Virus record (IMG/VR): IMGVR_UViG_3300034521_000090 | Span: 1 to 40,732 of that record | DNA length: 40,732 nucleotides | Strand: one strand, 5' to 3' | Source of the DNA: a virus | Taxonomy: Duplodnaviria; Caudoviricetes | Shown here: positions 24,240 through 33,665 of the stretch, piece after piece | Layout of the letters: each line of letters opens with the position of its first letter | How positions within the stretch are numbered: the first letter of the stretch is position 1 | Position numbers and translations under genes: made by a program | Notes under the pieces: generated by a model | What the model saw: only the letters and a program-made list of their open reading frames with translations | Database searches by the model: none | Told to the model about the DNA's origin: nothing

Positions 24240-25457
24240 ATGAAACTGCATGAAATGAAGCAAAAACGTAATACCATCGCCACTGATATGCGTGCTCTGC
24301 ACGATAAAATTGGTGATACCACCTGGACTGAAGAGCAGCGCACTCAGTGGAACGCCGCAAAATCCGAACTGGACGCGCTTGATGAGCGTATCGCTCGTGA
24401 AGAGGAATTGCGCCGCCATGATCAGTCTTTTGTTGATGAACAGGAGCCTGAACAGCGCCAGCGTCAGGAAAGTCCTGAAATGCAGGCAGAAGTGCGCCGT
24501 GCTGCAGCATTCGATCGTCTCCTGCGCCATGGCTTCGGTGAGCTGACTGCTGAAGAGCGTCAGGCCGTTAAAGAACTTCGTGCGCAGGGAACGACACCTG
24601 ATGATAAAGGTGGTTATACGGTCCCTACCCAGATGCGTAATACCATCATTGATGCAATGAAAGCTTACGGCGGGATCGTGAGCGTTGCGCAAATCCTCAA
24701 TACTTCAAACGGTCAGGATATTACCTGGTCCACTTCTGATGGTACTGCTGAAGAGGGGGAACTGCTTGCAGAAAACGCTGCAGCAACGGAGGGGGATGTG
24801 ACATTCGGTACCGCAATCCTGGGTGCTAAAAAACTGTCATCCAAAATTATCCGCGTCTCCAATGAACTGCTGCAGGACAGCGGTGTAGATATTGAGGCAT
24901 ACCTGGCGGGACGTATTGCGCAGCGAATTGGTCGCGGTGAAGCTAAATATCTCGTGCAGGGTACCGGCGCTGGTACACCTCAGCAGCCTAAAGGGCTGGC
25001 GGCTTCAGTAACCGGGACTGTTTCTGCGGCGGCGGCCGCAACATTCACCTGGCAGGAAATGAACAGCCTGAAACACGCGATTGATCCGGCATATCGCGGT
25101 GGTCCACGTTTCCGCTGGGCGTTTAATGACGGCACTCTTCAGGTGATCGAAGAGATGGTGGATGATCAGAAGCGCCCTCTTTGGCTACCGGATGTTGTTG
25201 GTGGTTCCCCGGCAACCGTTCTGGGTATTCCCTATGTAATTGATCAGGCGATTGATGCCGCGGCAGCGAGTAAGAAATTTATTTACCTGGGTGATTTCAA
25301 TCGCTTCATTGTTCGCCGAGTTTCCTACATGACCCTGAAGCGTCTGGTTGAGCGTTACGCGGAGTATGATCAGACCGCATTCCTGGCCTTCCACCGCTTC
25401 GACTGCGTGCTGGAAGATACGGCGGCTATCAAAGCGCTGGTGGGTAAGGCGCCGTAA
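24240..25457 (+). CDS. Major capsid protein (HK97 fold with delta domain)
   Basis: Coiled-coil N-terminus, GGYTVP, VSNELLQDS, GTG..QPKG, GDF. Confidence 0.95.
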   Translation: MKLHEMKQKRNTIATDMRALHDKIGDTTWTEEQRTQWNAAKSELDALDERIAREEELRRHDQSFVDEQEPEQRQRQESPEMQAEVRRAAAFDRLLRHGFGELTAEERQAVKELRAQGTTPDDKGGYTVPTQMRNTIIDAMKAYGGIVSVAQILNTSNGQDITWSTSDGTAEEGELLAENAAATEGDVTFGTAILGAKKLSSKIIRVSNELLQDSGVDIEAYLAGRIAQRIGRGEAKYLVQGTGAGTPQQPKGLAASVTGTVSAAAAATFTWQEMNSLKHAIDPAYRGGPRFRWAFNDGTLQVIEEMVDDQKRPLWLPDVVGGSPATVLGIPYVIDQAIDAAAASKKFIYLGDFNRFIVRRVSYMTLKRLVERYAEYDQTAFLAFHRFDCVLEDTAAIKALVGKAP

Positions 25458-25481
25458 TCAACACCTCTGCTGTCTCCTGAT

Positions 25482-25502
25482 GCCGCGTAAGCGGTTTTTT
25501 TA
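25482..25502 (+). terminator. Terminator after the capsid gene
   Basis: gccgc-gtaa-gcggt followed by a T run. Confidence 0.65.
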
Positions 25503-25535
25503 TGCCCGCAGTTCGCTGCGGGCCGGGTAAAAACG

Positions 25536-25856
25536 ATGAGCGAAATGATAGAGAAGCTAAGGGCGCAGTGTCGGATCGATGCTGACGATACAACGGAAGA
25601 TGAAATGTTGTTGCTCTACTACGGCGCCGCAAGGCGTATGGCAGAGAATTACATCAACCGAAAACTGTATGAAGACAAGGTACCTGAATCTGATCCTGAT
25701 GGGCTCCGTATTGCTGACGATATTTTGCTGGCATTGATGCTTCTCGTTGGGCACTGGTTTGAAAACAGAGAACCAGTCAATGTCGGAAATATTGTTACCA
25801 CCTTCCCGTTTGGTTTTGAGTCTTTGCTTCAACCGTACCGATACATACCGCTGTAG
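25536..25856 (+). CDS. Head-tail connector (gp6-like)
   Basis: LLVGHWFENRE, LLQPYR. Confidence 0.9.
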   Translation: MSEMIEKLRAQCRIDADDTTEDEMLLLYYGAARRMAENYINRKLYEDKVPESDPDGLRIADDILLALMLLVGHWFENREPVNVGNIVTTFPFGFESLLQPYRYIPL

Positions 25857-25865
25857 GGAGGGATT

Positions 25866-26204
25866 ATGCAGGCAGGGCGATTACGCCATCGCGTTACTAT
25901 CCTGAACTTTACTTCTTTTCGCGATACGACAGGCCAGCCGGTTGAAGAGTGGCAGGAGGGAAAGACCATATGGGCGGAAGTGCTGGGTATCAGTGGTCGT
26001 GAGCAGTTGCAATCAGGAGCAGAAACGGCACAGGCAACAATTCGGGTGTGGGTCCGTTTCCGGCATGATGTGACTGCTGCGTCAAGATTAAAGGTGCTCA
26101 CAGGACCATTTAAAGGCGCGGTACTGAATATCATCAGCCCCCCCATACCCGACAGTAAAGCCACCAGGCTGGAAATACTCTGTAAAAATGGAGCGGAAAA
26201 ATGA
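25866..26204 (+). CDS. Head closure protein
   Basis: MQAGRLRHRVTI, WAEV..ISGRE. Confidence 0.9.
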   Translation: MQAGRLRHRVTILNFTSFRDTTGQPVEEWQEGKTIWAEVLGISGREQLQSGAETAQATIRVWVRFRHDVTAASRLKVLTGPFKGAVLNIISPPIPDSKATRLEILCKNGAEK

Positions 26205-26650
26205 TTGATATCAGTCTGGATTTTTCTGGTCTTGAAGCGATTTCCCGCGATCTGGAGTTACTGAGCAGAGCCGAAAACAACAAAGTCCTGCGTGATGCCA
26301 CGCGAGCTGGTGCTGAGGTTCTGAAAGACGAGGTGATAGCAAGAGCGCCTGAACGAACCGGCAAGCTGAAGAAAAACGTTGTGGTGCTGACGCAGCGATC
26401 ACGTAAACGCGGTGATATTTCATCCGGTGTTCATATTCGTGGTCGAAACATGCGAACGGGTAACAGCGATAATTCAATGAAAGCCTCCGATCGACGTAAC
26501 GCGTTTTACTGGAGATTTGTCGAAATTGGCACAGTGAATATGCCCCCACATCCTTTTGTCCGTCCTGCGTTTGATACCCGCGAAGAACTGGCGGCACAGG
26601 TTGCTATGAAACGCATGAACCAGGCCATTGACGAGGTGCTGAGTAAATGA
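26201..26650 (+). CDS. HK97 gp10-like tail component
   Basis: AP.RTGKLKK, FYWRFVE.GT, PFVRPAF. Confidence 0.9.
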   Translation: MIDISLDFSGLEAISRDLELLSRAENNKVLRDATRAGAEVLKDEVIARAPERTGKLKKNVVVLTQRSRKRGDISSGVHIRGRNMRTGNSDNSMKASDRRNAFYWRFVEIGTVNMPPHPFVRPAFDTREELAAQVAMKRMNQAIDEVLSK

Positions 26651-26994
26651 CGGAAGATGACCTTTATCTTTTGCTGAGGCCGCTGGCCGAAGGGCAGGTT
26701 TATCCCTACGTTGCGCCGCTCGGCAGTGACGGGAAGCCTTCAGTCTCGCCGCCCTGGGTAATTTTCTCAATTATTACGGACGTGGCCGCAGACGTTCTTT
26801 GCGGTCAGGCTGAATCAGGGATATCGGTCCAGGTGGATGTTTACTCACTGACTCTCAAAGAGGCGCGGAATCTTCGTGATATGGCGCTTCAGGTGGTTAA
26901 GCCACTCAATCCCACCAATATAAGCAAAACCCCTGGTTATGAACCAGAGAACCGGTATTACCGGGCGACGCTGGAATTTCAGGTCACTGTCTGA
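26647..26994 (+). CDS. Tail terminator (DUF3168-like)
   Basis: VYPYVAP, VQVDVY, YRATLE. Confidence 0.85.
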   Translation: MTEDDLYLLLRPLAEGQVYPYVAPLGSDGKPSVSPPWVIFSIITDVAADVLCGQAESGISVQVDVYSLTLKEARNLRDMALQVVKPLNPTNISKTPGYEPENRYYRATLEFQVTV

Positions 26995-27012
26995 CAAATC
27001 CATTAACTCACA

Positions 27013-27034
27013 GACCCGCTACGGCGGGTTTTCT
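27013..27034 (+). terminator. Hairpin/terminator before the major tail gene
   Basis: gacccgc-tacg-gcgggtt followed by ttct. Confidence 0.5.
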
Positions 27035-27051
27035 ATTTTCAGGAGACAAAT

Positions 27052-27756
27052 ATGTCCTCACTGTATGAAAAATCGCAGGGTACTAAAATTCAGATCACCT
27101 CTGCGCCAGCGACACTGGATACTATTGGCGCCGCAACCTGGCTGGATTTGCACTGTACTATCAAAGAGGTCCAGTTTACTGGCGGTCAGAAGCAGGACAT
27201 TGATGTCACCACGCTGTGTTCAACCGAGCAGGAAAACATTAACGGCCTTGGCGCTCAGTCAGAAATCTCTATGTCCGGTAACTTCTATGTTAACCCGGCA
27301 CAGGATGCGCTGCGTGAAGCTTACGATAACGACACCACGTATGGTTTTCGGATTGTCTTCCCGTCTGGTATTGGCTTCCAGTTCCTGTCTGAAGTCCGTC
27401 AGCACACCTGGTCTTCAGGGACAAACAGTGTGGTGGCCGCAACGTTTTCGCTACGTCTGAAAGGTAAGCCGACGAAAATTGATAACGCGCTGCGTCTGAC
27501 CACCGACCTGCCTGGCACCAAGTCAGTTACCTCTGGTTCGGCTTTATCACTGACGGTGGTAGCTGCCGGGGGAACAGCACCTTATTCCTATGTCTGGAAG
27601 AAAGGTGGCAGCGCGGTGAGTGGACAGACGACAGCAACGTTCAACAAGGCAAACGCTGCTGCAGGTGATGCCGGTGATTACGTTTGTGAAGTTACCGACG
27701 CTTCCACGCCTGCTGGAAAAGTTACCTCAGCAACCTGCGTCGTAACGATAGCGTAA
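27052..27756 (+). CDS. Major tail tube protein with C-terminal Ig-like domain
   Basis: GGQKQDIDVTTLCS; C-terminal Y.W.K...DAGDY.CEVTD Ig pattern. Confidence 0.92.
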   Translation: MSSLYEKSQGTKIQITSAPATLDTIGAATWLDLHCTIKEVQFTGGQKQDIDVTTLCSTEQENINGLGAQSEISMSGNFYVNPAQDALREAYDNDTTYGFRIVFPSGIGFQFLSEVRQHTWSSGTNSVVAATFSLRLKGKPTKIDNALRLTTDLPGTKSVTSGSALSLTVVAAGGTAPYSYVWKKGGSAVSGQTTATFNKANAAAGDAGDYVCEVTDASTPAGKVTSATCVVTIA

Positions 27757-27783
27757 TTCATCTTCTTTAATCAGGGTTAAAAA

Positions 27784-28173
27784 ATGGCTAAAAGTCTTAA
27801 AGAACTGGCGCTGGCTAAAATGTCAGGCTTTCGTCATAAAATCATTACGGTCCCTGAATGGGGTGGTGTGAAGGTTGTTCTACGGGAACCTTCTGGCGAA
27901 GGTTGGCTACGCTGGCAGGAAATTGCAAAATCTGGCGCTGATGAAGAAGGCGAGGTGTCTGTATCAGAAAAAGCACACCGTAATCTTTGTGCTGACGTGG
28001 TGCTGTTCATTGATGTCCTTTGCGATACCAACAAGCAACCGGTATTCAGCGTCGATGAAGAAGACCAGGTTCGTGAAATTTACGGGCCCGTTCACTCACG
28101 CCTTCTCAAACAGGCGCTTGACCTCATCAACAGCGCGGACGAAGCGCGGGAAAAGTCGCAACCCCCGGCGTAA
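27784..28173 (+). CDS. Tail assembly chaperone (gpG-like)
   Basis: V.VPEW.GV.V.LREPS, YGPVHSRLL; between tail tube and tape measure. Confidence 0.85.
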   Translation: MAKSLKELALAKMSGFRHKIITVPEWGGVKVVLREPSGEGWLRWQEIAKSGADEEGEVSVSEKAHRNLCADVVLFIDVLCDTNKQPVFSVDEEDQVREIYGPVHSRLLKQALDLINSADEAREKSQPPA

Positions 28174-28460
28174 AGTTTCTGATGGCGCTTGCGCTCCGCA
28201 TGGGGCGCACGCTCTCAGAGCTTCGGCAGACCATGACGGCAAGCGAGCTTCTGATGTGGATTGAATTCGACAGACAAAGCCCCATCGGCGATATTCGTGG
28301 TGATATTCAGGCAGCTCAGATCGTCTCTGCTATCTACGGCTCACAGGGGGCGAAAGTACCGCTGGACGATGCGATCCTGCGCTGGGGTGGTGATGAACAA
28401 TCAGCACCGAAGGATCCGTTTGCAGGGCTTGAGGCTGCATTAACAGCAGCAACTCAGTGA
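28152..28460 (+). CDS. gpT-like chaperone extension via -1 frameshift
   Basis: CGG GAA AAG at 28147-28155; the -1 frame reads KVATPGVKFLMALALRMGRTLSEL... into the 28182-28460 ORF. Confidence 0.8.
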   Translation, partial: KVATPGVKFLMALALRMGRTLSELRQTMTASELLMWIEFDRQSPIGDIRGDIQAAQIVSAIYGSQGAKVPLDDAILRWGGDEQSAPKDPFAGLEAALTAATQ

Positions 28461-28485
28461 CATTTATTCAGTAAGATAATAGGAT
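28457..28485 (+). promoter_or_regulatory. Moron sigma70 promoter
   Basis: GTGACA-17-TAGGAT. Confidence 0.65.
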
Positions 28486-28516
28486 TTACCTCATTGATGA
28501 TGTTTAAGGGAAAGTC

Positions 28517-28852
28517 ATGGAAATCTTACTTATTTCAATTGTTATTGGTCTAATACCTGCATTGATTGCAAGTAGCAAGGGTCGCTCTTTTTTGGGGTGG
28601 TGGATTTATGGGGCTCTGTTATTCATTGTTGCCTTAGTTCACTCTTTAGTTATTAAAAAAGATGTACAGTTTGAAGAAAAAGAGAGGCTGGAATTTGATG
28701 GTATGAAAAAATGCCCGTTCTGTGCTGAATTAATAAAAAAAGAAGCCATCAAATGCAAGCATTGTGGTAGTGATTTGTTATCAAGTGATCATCCCACAAA
28801 AACCGATGAAGAATATCTTGAGGAAGCCCGACGAAAAGTCTGGGAAAAATAA
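28517..28852 (+). CDS. Moron: 2-TM protein with C-terminal zinc ribbon
   Basis: TM helices around [25 protein letters not shown]; AT-rich; own promoter and terminator. Confidence 0.85.
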   Translation: MEILLISIVIGLIPALIASSKGRSFLGWWIYGALLFIVALVHSLVIKKDVQFEEKERLEFDGMKKCPFCAELIKKEAIKCKHCGSDLLSSDHPTKTDEEYLEEARRKVWEK

Positions 28853-28858
28853 TAATAC

Positions 28859-28880
28859 AAACCGCTTCGGCGGTTTTTTT
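28859..28880 (+). terminator. Moron terminator
   Basis: aaaccgc-ttcg-gcggttt followed by a T run. Confidence 0.85.
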
Positions 28881-28898
28881 GTTTCTGGAGAATGAATA

Positions 28899-31800
28899 AT
28901 GGCCACCTTGCGAGAACTGATTATTAAAGTATCCGCAAATTCACAATCTTTCCAGACAGAAATTTCTCGCGCTTCACGTATGGGGCAGGATTATTACAAA
29001 ACCATGCAGAATGGTGGTCGTCAGGCGGCCGCTGCATCAAGAGAGACGCAGAGAGCTCTGGCAGAAGTAACGAACCAACTTAATTCTGCAAAATCCTCTG
29101 CGATGGGGCTTGCTGGTGCTTTCGCTGGTGCATACGCCACTGGGCACCTGATATCCCTTGCGGATGAATGGAGTTCGGTTAATGCACGATTGAAACAGGC
29201 CTCGCAATCAACTGATGACTTCAACCAGTCACAACGCTCTCTGATGGATATTAGCCAGCGAACAGGAACCGCATTTTCAGATAACGCAAACTTGTTTGCT
29301 CGCTCAGCTGCATCAATGCGTGAATTCGGCTATAGCTCCGAAGAAGTATTAAATGTTACTGAGGCTATTTCTACCGGATTGAAGCTTTCTGGCGCAAGCA
29401 CAGCAGAGGCGAGTTCTGTTATTACCCAATTCAGCCAGGCACTAGCTCAGGGGGTTTTACGTGGTGAGGAATTTAACTCAGTTAATGAGAATGGCGATCG
29501 TGTTATCAGGGCTCTTGCCTCTGGGATGGGGGTCGCTAGAAAAGACTTAAAAACAATGGCTGATGCAGGTCAACTTACTGCTGACAAGGTTGTTCCGGCA
29601 TTAATCAGCCAGCTCGGATCACTTCGTGAAGAATACAACGCAATGCCGCAGACTGTATCTGCGGCAACAACAAAAATTGAAAACGCTTTTATGGCTTGGG
29701 TTGGCGGCGCAAATGAAGCAAGTGGTGTTAGCCGGACATTGACAGGCGCATTAAATGGGATTGCAGATAATATTGATGAAGTTGCAACTGCCGCAGGTGT
29801 TCTTGTTGCTGTTGGCGCAGCGCGTTGGTTTGGAGACATGGCATCAGGAGCGTTTTCAGCAACATCAGGGTTATTAAATGCAGCAAAGAGTGAGATTGCG
29901 CTTGCTGAAGCGCAAGTTAGAGGTACTCAAATATCCACGGCTCGCGCTCGTGCAGCTGTGTATCGGGCACAACAAGCTTTAATTGCTACCAGGGGAACTG
30001 ATGCTCAGGCAGCAGCGGAGAAAAGGTTATCTGATGCTCAAGCATCATTAACCAGAAATATTTCGGCAAGGACCGCAGCGCAGGAAGCCCTAAATAATGT
30101 GACATCATTAGGCTCTCGGTTGATGGGTGGCGCTCTTGGGTTGGTTGGCGGGATTCCTGGTTTGGTTATGCTGGGAGCTGGTGCATGGTACACCATGTAC
30201 CAGAATCAGGAGCAAGCTCGCCGATCCGCACAAGACTATGCAAATACTATTGATCAGATACGCTCTAAAACAAAAACCATGTCGTTACCTGAGGCTTCAG
30301 ATAATCAAGCCAAGACCAGGCAGGCATTAGACGAGCAAAACCGGCTTATTGATGAGCAGGCAAAAAAGGTTAGGCAGTTACGGGAAGAAATTTCCGGTTA
30401 CCAGCACATGTTGGCCAACCCTGGTCCTACAGTTGCAGGTTACATGGTTAACCATCTTAAGAGCATAGATGATGCCACTCGAGGTCTTTCTGATGCCACT
30501 AATGCTTTAGCTATTGAGCAAGAACGCCTGGCACAGATGCAGGCTAAATCGCAGTCTATTCAGGAGGTTCTTGAGGGGGTAGAGCATCGTCGTATTGCGC
30601 TTATACGTCAGCAGGCAGCAGAACAGAATTCAGCCTATCAGTCATTATTAATTATGAACGGCCAGCATACAGAGTTTAACCGTCTGCTAGGGTTGGGAAA
30701 TGCACTGCTTATGTCTCGCCAGGGACTGGTTAACTCTCCGTTAAGGTCACCTCAGGCTGACCTAAATACTAAACAGGTGGATGCGATTGAAAAAAGTAGG
30801 CGTGAACTTGAATTATCTCGCCGTAAAGGTGAGGAGAGAGAACGCTTACGATTAAGTTATTCTGCTGATGATCTTGGCTTCGCTTCTAATGACCCTCGTT
30901 ACCAGACCAGCCGTCAGGAGTTAATTAACAATGGCTTAGAAGAGTGGCGGAATAATCAGGCTAACAAGCCGAAAGCAAAAGGTGGAAAAACAGAAGCCGA
31001 AAAAACAGCGGATACTTACGACAAACTCATTAAGCAGCAGAAAGAGCAAATCGCTCTGGCTGGTCAGAATACCGAACTGGCCAAACTGAAATATCAGGTT
31101 AGTCAGGGTGAACTTACTTCCCTCACAGAAGCGCAAAAACAAACCCTGTTGCAGAATGCCGCGTTGATTGATCAGCAGAAAATCCGCGAACAATTAGCGG
31201 CGTATGAAGCCAACCTCGCTGACTCAAACGCCAGCGCACGAGCATCTAACCAGGCAGAACTTACCGGGTATGGACAGGGAAGCCGAATGCGTGAACGTAT
31301 GCAGGAAATGCTACGCATCCGGGAGGAGTTTCAGCAGAAGAACGTTGATCTGCAGCGGCAGTACCAGTCAGGTGATATTTCGGAAGACCTATACCGTCAG
31401 GAACTGGCACTGAATAAACGTTATCTCGACGAAAGGTTACGAGATCAGGAAGCTTACTACTCAGCCTCTGATGCCCAGCGCAGTGACTGGACAACGGGTA
31501 TGCGTGAAGGTTTTGCGAACTGGGCTGACACTGCTTCTGATTACGCATCTCAGTCTGCTGACCTGGTGAATAACGCAATGTCCGGGCTGGTGGGCAATAT
31601 TTCCGATGCTCTGGCCGGTAATAAGGTCGACTGGGAAGACTGGGCCAGTTCGGTGCTTCAGTCTATGCAGAAAATTATCCTCAATGCGATGCTGGTGGAT
31701 TCTTTGCGCTCAGCCAGTAACAGCGGTTTTTTCAGTTCGATCGGCGGCATGTTTGGGGCGGGGGCTGGCGCTGCATCTGGTAGCACTCCTTCCGGCGCTT

Positions 31801-32210
31801 ATAACTCTGCCGCATCTGGCATAAAGCTGAATGCAAAAGGTGGTGCATATGCCTCTGAAAGTCTGAGCGCTTACAGCAACAGCATTGTTAGCACACCGAC
31901 ATATTTTGCTTTTGCAAAAGGCGCTGGGCTTATGGGGGAGGCGGGGCCAGAAGCGATTATGCCACTGACACGATCAGCTGATGGTTCTCTGGGTGTTCGC
32001 ATGGTTGGTAGTCCGGGTTCCACGTCAGGCGGCGGTGATACGATTATTCATCAGCACTTCAACATATCCGGTAACGGAGACGCGGCACTGAAGCAGGCTA
32101 TGCAGGAAGCTGCACGACAGGGAGCTAACGACGGTGCGAAACAGGCCCGGCAGGATATTTTGAATGATTTTTCAAATCGCGGTCAGGCGAGGCGCTTACT
32201 TGGCGTGTAA
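28899..32210 (+). CDS. Tail tape measure protein
   Basis: 1103 aa, Ala/Gln-rich; TQFSQALAQGVLRGEEFNSV; lambda-H-like GEAGPEAIMPL. Confidence 0.95.
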   Translation: MATLRELIIKVSANSQSFQTEISRASRMGQDYYKTMQNGGRQAAAASRETQRALAEVTNQLNSAKSSAMGLAGAFAGAYATGHLISLADEWSSVNARLKQASQSTDDFNQSQRSLMDISQRTGTAFSDNANLFARSAASMREFGYSSEEVLNVTEAISTGLKLSGASTAEASSVITQFSQALAQGVLRGEEFNSVNENGDRVIRALASGMGVARKDLKTMADAGQLTADKVVPALISQLGSLREEYNAMPQTVSAATTKIENAFMAWVGGANEASGVSRTLTGALNGIADNIDEVATAAGVLVAVGAARWFGDMASGAFSATSGLLNAAKSEIALAEAQVRGTQISTARARAAVYRAQQALIATRGTDAQAAAEKRLSDAQASLTRNISARTAAQEALNNVTSLGSRLMGGALGLVGGIPGLVMLGAGAWYTMYQNQEQARRSAQDYANTIDQIRSKTKTMSLPEASDNQAKTRQALDEQNRLIDEQAKKVRQLREEISGYQHMLANPGPTVAGYMVNHLKSIDDATRGLSDATNALAIEQERLAQMQAKSQSIQEVLEGVEHRRIALIRQQAAEQNSAYQSLLIMNGQHTEFNRLLGLGNALLMSRQGLVNSPLRSPQADLNTKQVDAIEKSRRELELSRRKGEERERLRLSYSADDLGFASNDPRYQTSRQELINNGLEEWRNNQANKPKAKGGKTEAEKTADTYDKLIKQQKEQIALAGQNTELAKLKYQVSQGELTSLTEAQKQTLLQNAALIDQQKIREQLAAYEANLADSNASARASNQAELTGYGQGSRMRERMQEMLRIREEFQQKNVDLQRQYQSGDISEDLYRQELALNKRYLDERLRDQEAYYSASDAQRSDWTTGMREGFANWADTASDYASQSADLVNNAMSGLVGNISDALAGNKVDWEDWASSVLQSMQKIILNAMLVDSLRSASNSGFFSSIGGMFGAGAGAASGSTPSGAYNSAASGIKLNAKGGAYASESLSAYSNSIVSTPTYFAFAKGAGLMGEAGPEAIMPLTRSADGSLGVRMVGSPGSTSGGGDTIIHQHFNISGNGDAALKQAMQEAARQGANDGAKQARQDILNDFSNRGQARRLLGV

Positions 32211-32251
32211 CCATTATTAATATTCATTTAGCCGAAAGGCGGGAGACAGTT

Positions 32252-32689
32252 ATGGATTTAGAACAACAAGTTGAGGCGCTGGAGTTCAAGGTTGAATTTC
32301 CGGAAAAAAAAGGAATGGGTTTTACGATGAGCAAGGACTTAGCCATGGTATTCATACAGAACATTGGCAGCAATGTGTCGGTGATCATTGGTTCAAAAAC
32401 TTTGGCTAACATTCCATACAGTGAAGAGTTAACAACTGATTTTACACTGGAAGGGTACAATCAGCGGGCGAAATTGCATGCTGAAAAAATGGTCGCGAAA
32501 ATTATTGATGCGAATCAGAGTCAGGCCGCAAAAATATATCACTCTGGTTTCAATATTCAAATTAACTCATCATCTGATGAACTGCATAAAGCGATGGAGA
32601 AAGCCGCAACTGCTGGCGCGGAAGCGGCTATAAAACAAATACATCAAGACTTTCTTTCTCGTGGACCGCTACGTCGATTACTCGACTGA
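32252..32689 (+). CDS. Accessory protein with a tape-measure-like C-terminus
   Basis: GGGAGA RBS; 145 aa; last ~45 aa align by eye to the tape measure C-terminus. Confidence 0.75.
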   Translation: MDLEQQVEALEFKVEFPEKKGMGFTMSKDLAMVFIQNIGSNVSVIIGSKTLANIPYSEELTTDFTLEGYNQRAKLHAEKMVAKIIDANQSQAAKIYHSGFNIQINSSSDELHKAMEKAATAGAEAAIKQIHQDFLSRGPLRRLLD

Positions 32690-32908
32690 GGCGGAATATA
32701 ATTCATTGAGGTACTGATTTACTTCTTTTTCAATATCGTCAAGTGAAAGGTTGCGAATATTAGCAATTTTCATGTGGATGGTAATTGCCTCCCTGTGCTC
32801 GCCATCAACGGTGATGATAGCATTTGGCATATCTATTTCCATGTCAGACTCATAACCACCAGGAATGCTAATTTGAAGTAACTGGACCTTATTAAGACAA
32901 AATTTCAT
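32678..32908 (-). CDS. Antisense moron, 76-aa hypothetical protein
   Basis: Strong TAAGGAG RBS; AT-rich; structured leader upstream. Confidence 0.75.
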   Translation of the reverse strand: MKFCLNKVQLLQISIPGGYESDMEIDMPNAIITVDGEHREAITIHMKIANIRNLSLDDIEKEVNQYLNELYSASVE

Positions 32909-33071
32909 ATCGCTCCTTAATCAGAGGTAGTCAGCCATCCCTCCTTTTTTGAGTGCGCCAGTATCCCACTACTGACGGGCTGAGTAACAACCATAACCAG
33001 GTATGTAAATCAGTAACATCCTGACAAATGATCAGTAGCGCCGCCGTGCGCAGAATAATGCAGGAGAACTT

Positions 33072-33665
33072 ATGGCTGTACTCGAATGGCCGGAAGATGT
33101 CTGTCCCGCGTCACTGACCTGGCGACCAGAAAGTAATACCAAAACCTTTCGATCTCCATTCAATGGGGCATCGCAGACAGCACGCTTCCCGGGTACCCGC
33201 TGGGTATGTTCCCTGACCTTCAATAACCTGACGGACGAAAAATCCAGACGTATTGATGCTCTGGTGGCTTCGCTTGATGGTGAGTATGGCAGGGTAAAAG
33301 TTCGCGACTGGGGGAGAAGTGGCAGAGCGCCAGCGGGCGTGCCCGTTGTTGATGGCGCTAATCAGACAGGGACCCAGATTCAAAGTAAGGGCTGGACGCC
33401 GGGAACAGTGGTGCTCAGACAGGGCGATTATTTCACTGTTAACGACGAGCTGAAGATGATTACAGCCGATGTGACGAGCGCGGCGAACGGTAGCGCAATT
33501 ATTGCATTTGCGCCGATGTTGCGTAGTTCGCCTCCTGCTAATGCTGTCATTGAGGTCGCGAAACCCTACGGCATTTTCAAACTGAAGGATAACCAGCAGG
33601 GTGCCGGTAACCGTGTGCCGGGTGTTTTTACCAGTTACACACTGGAGCTTGAGGAGGCATTTTAA
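33072..33665 (+). CDS. Minor tail protein (distal tail-like)
   Basis: First tail gene after the tape measure; FRSPF.G..QT..FPG.RW. Confidence 0.8.
   Translation: MAVLEWPEDVCPASLTWRPESNTKTFRSPFNGASQTARFPGTRWVCSLTFNNLTDEKSRRIDALVASLDGEYGRVKVRDWGRSGRAPAGVPVVDGANQTGTQIQSKGWTPGTVVLRQGDYFTVNDELKMITADVTSAANGSAIIAFAPMLRSSPPANAVIEVAKPYGIFKLKDNQQGAGNRVPGVFTSYTLELEEAF

Noticed and set aside
28147-28155. Tail chaperone frameshift as a novelty
   Set aside because: Well-known conserved G/GT frameshift of long-tailed phages; listed as a feature only
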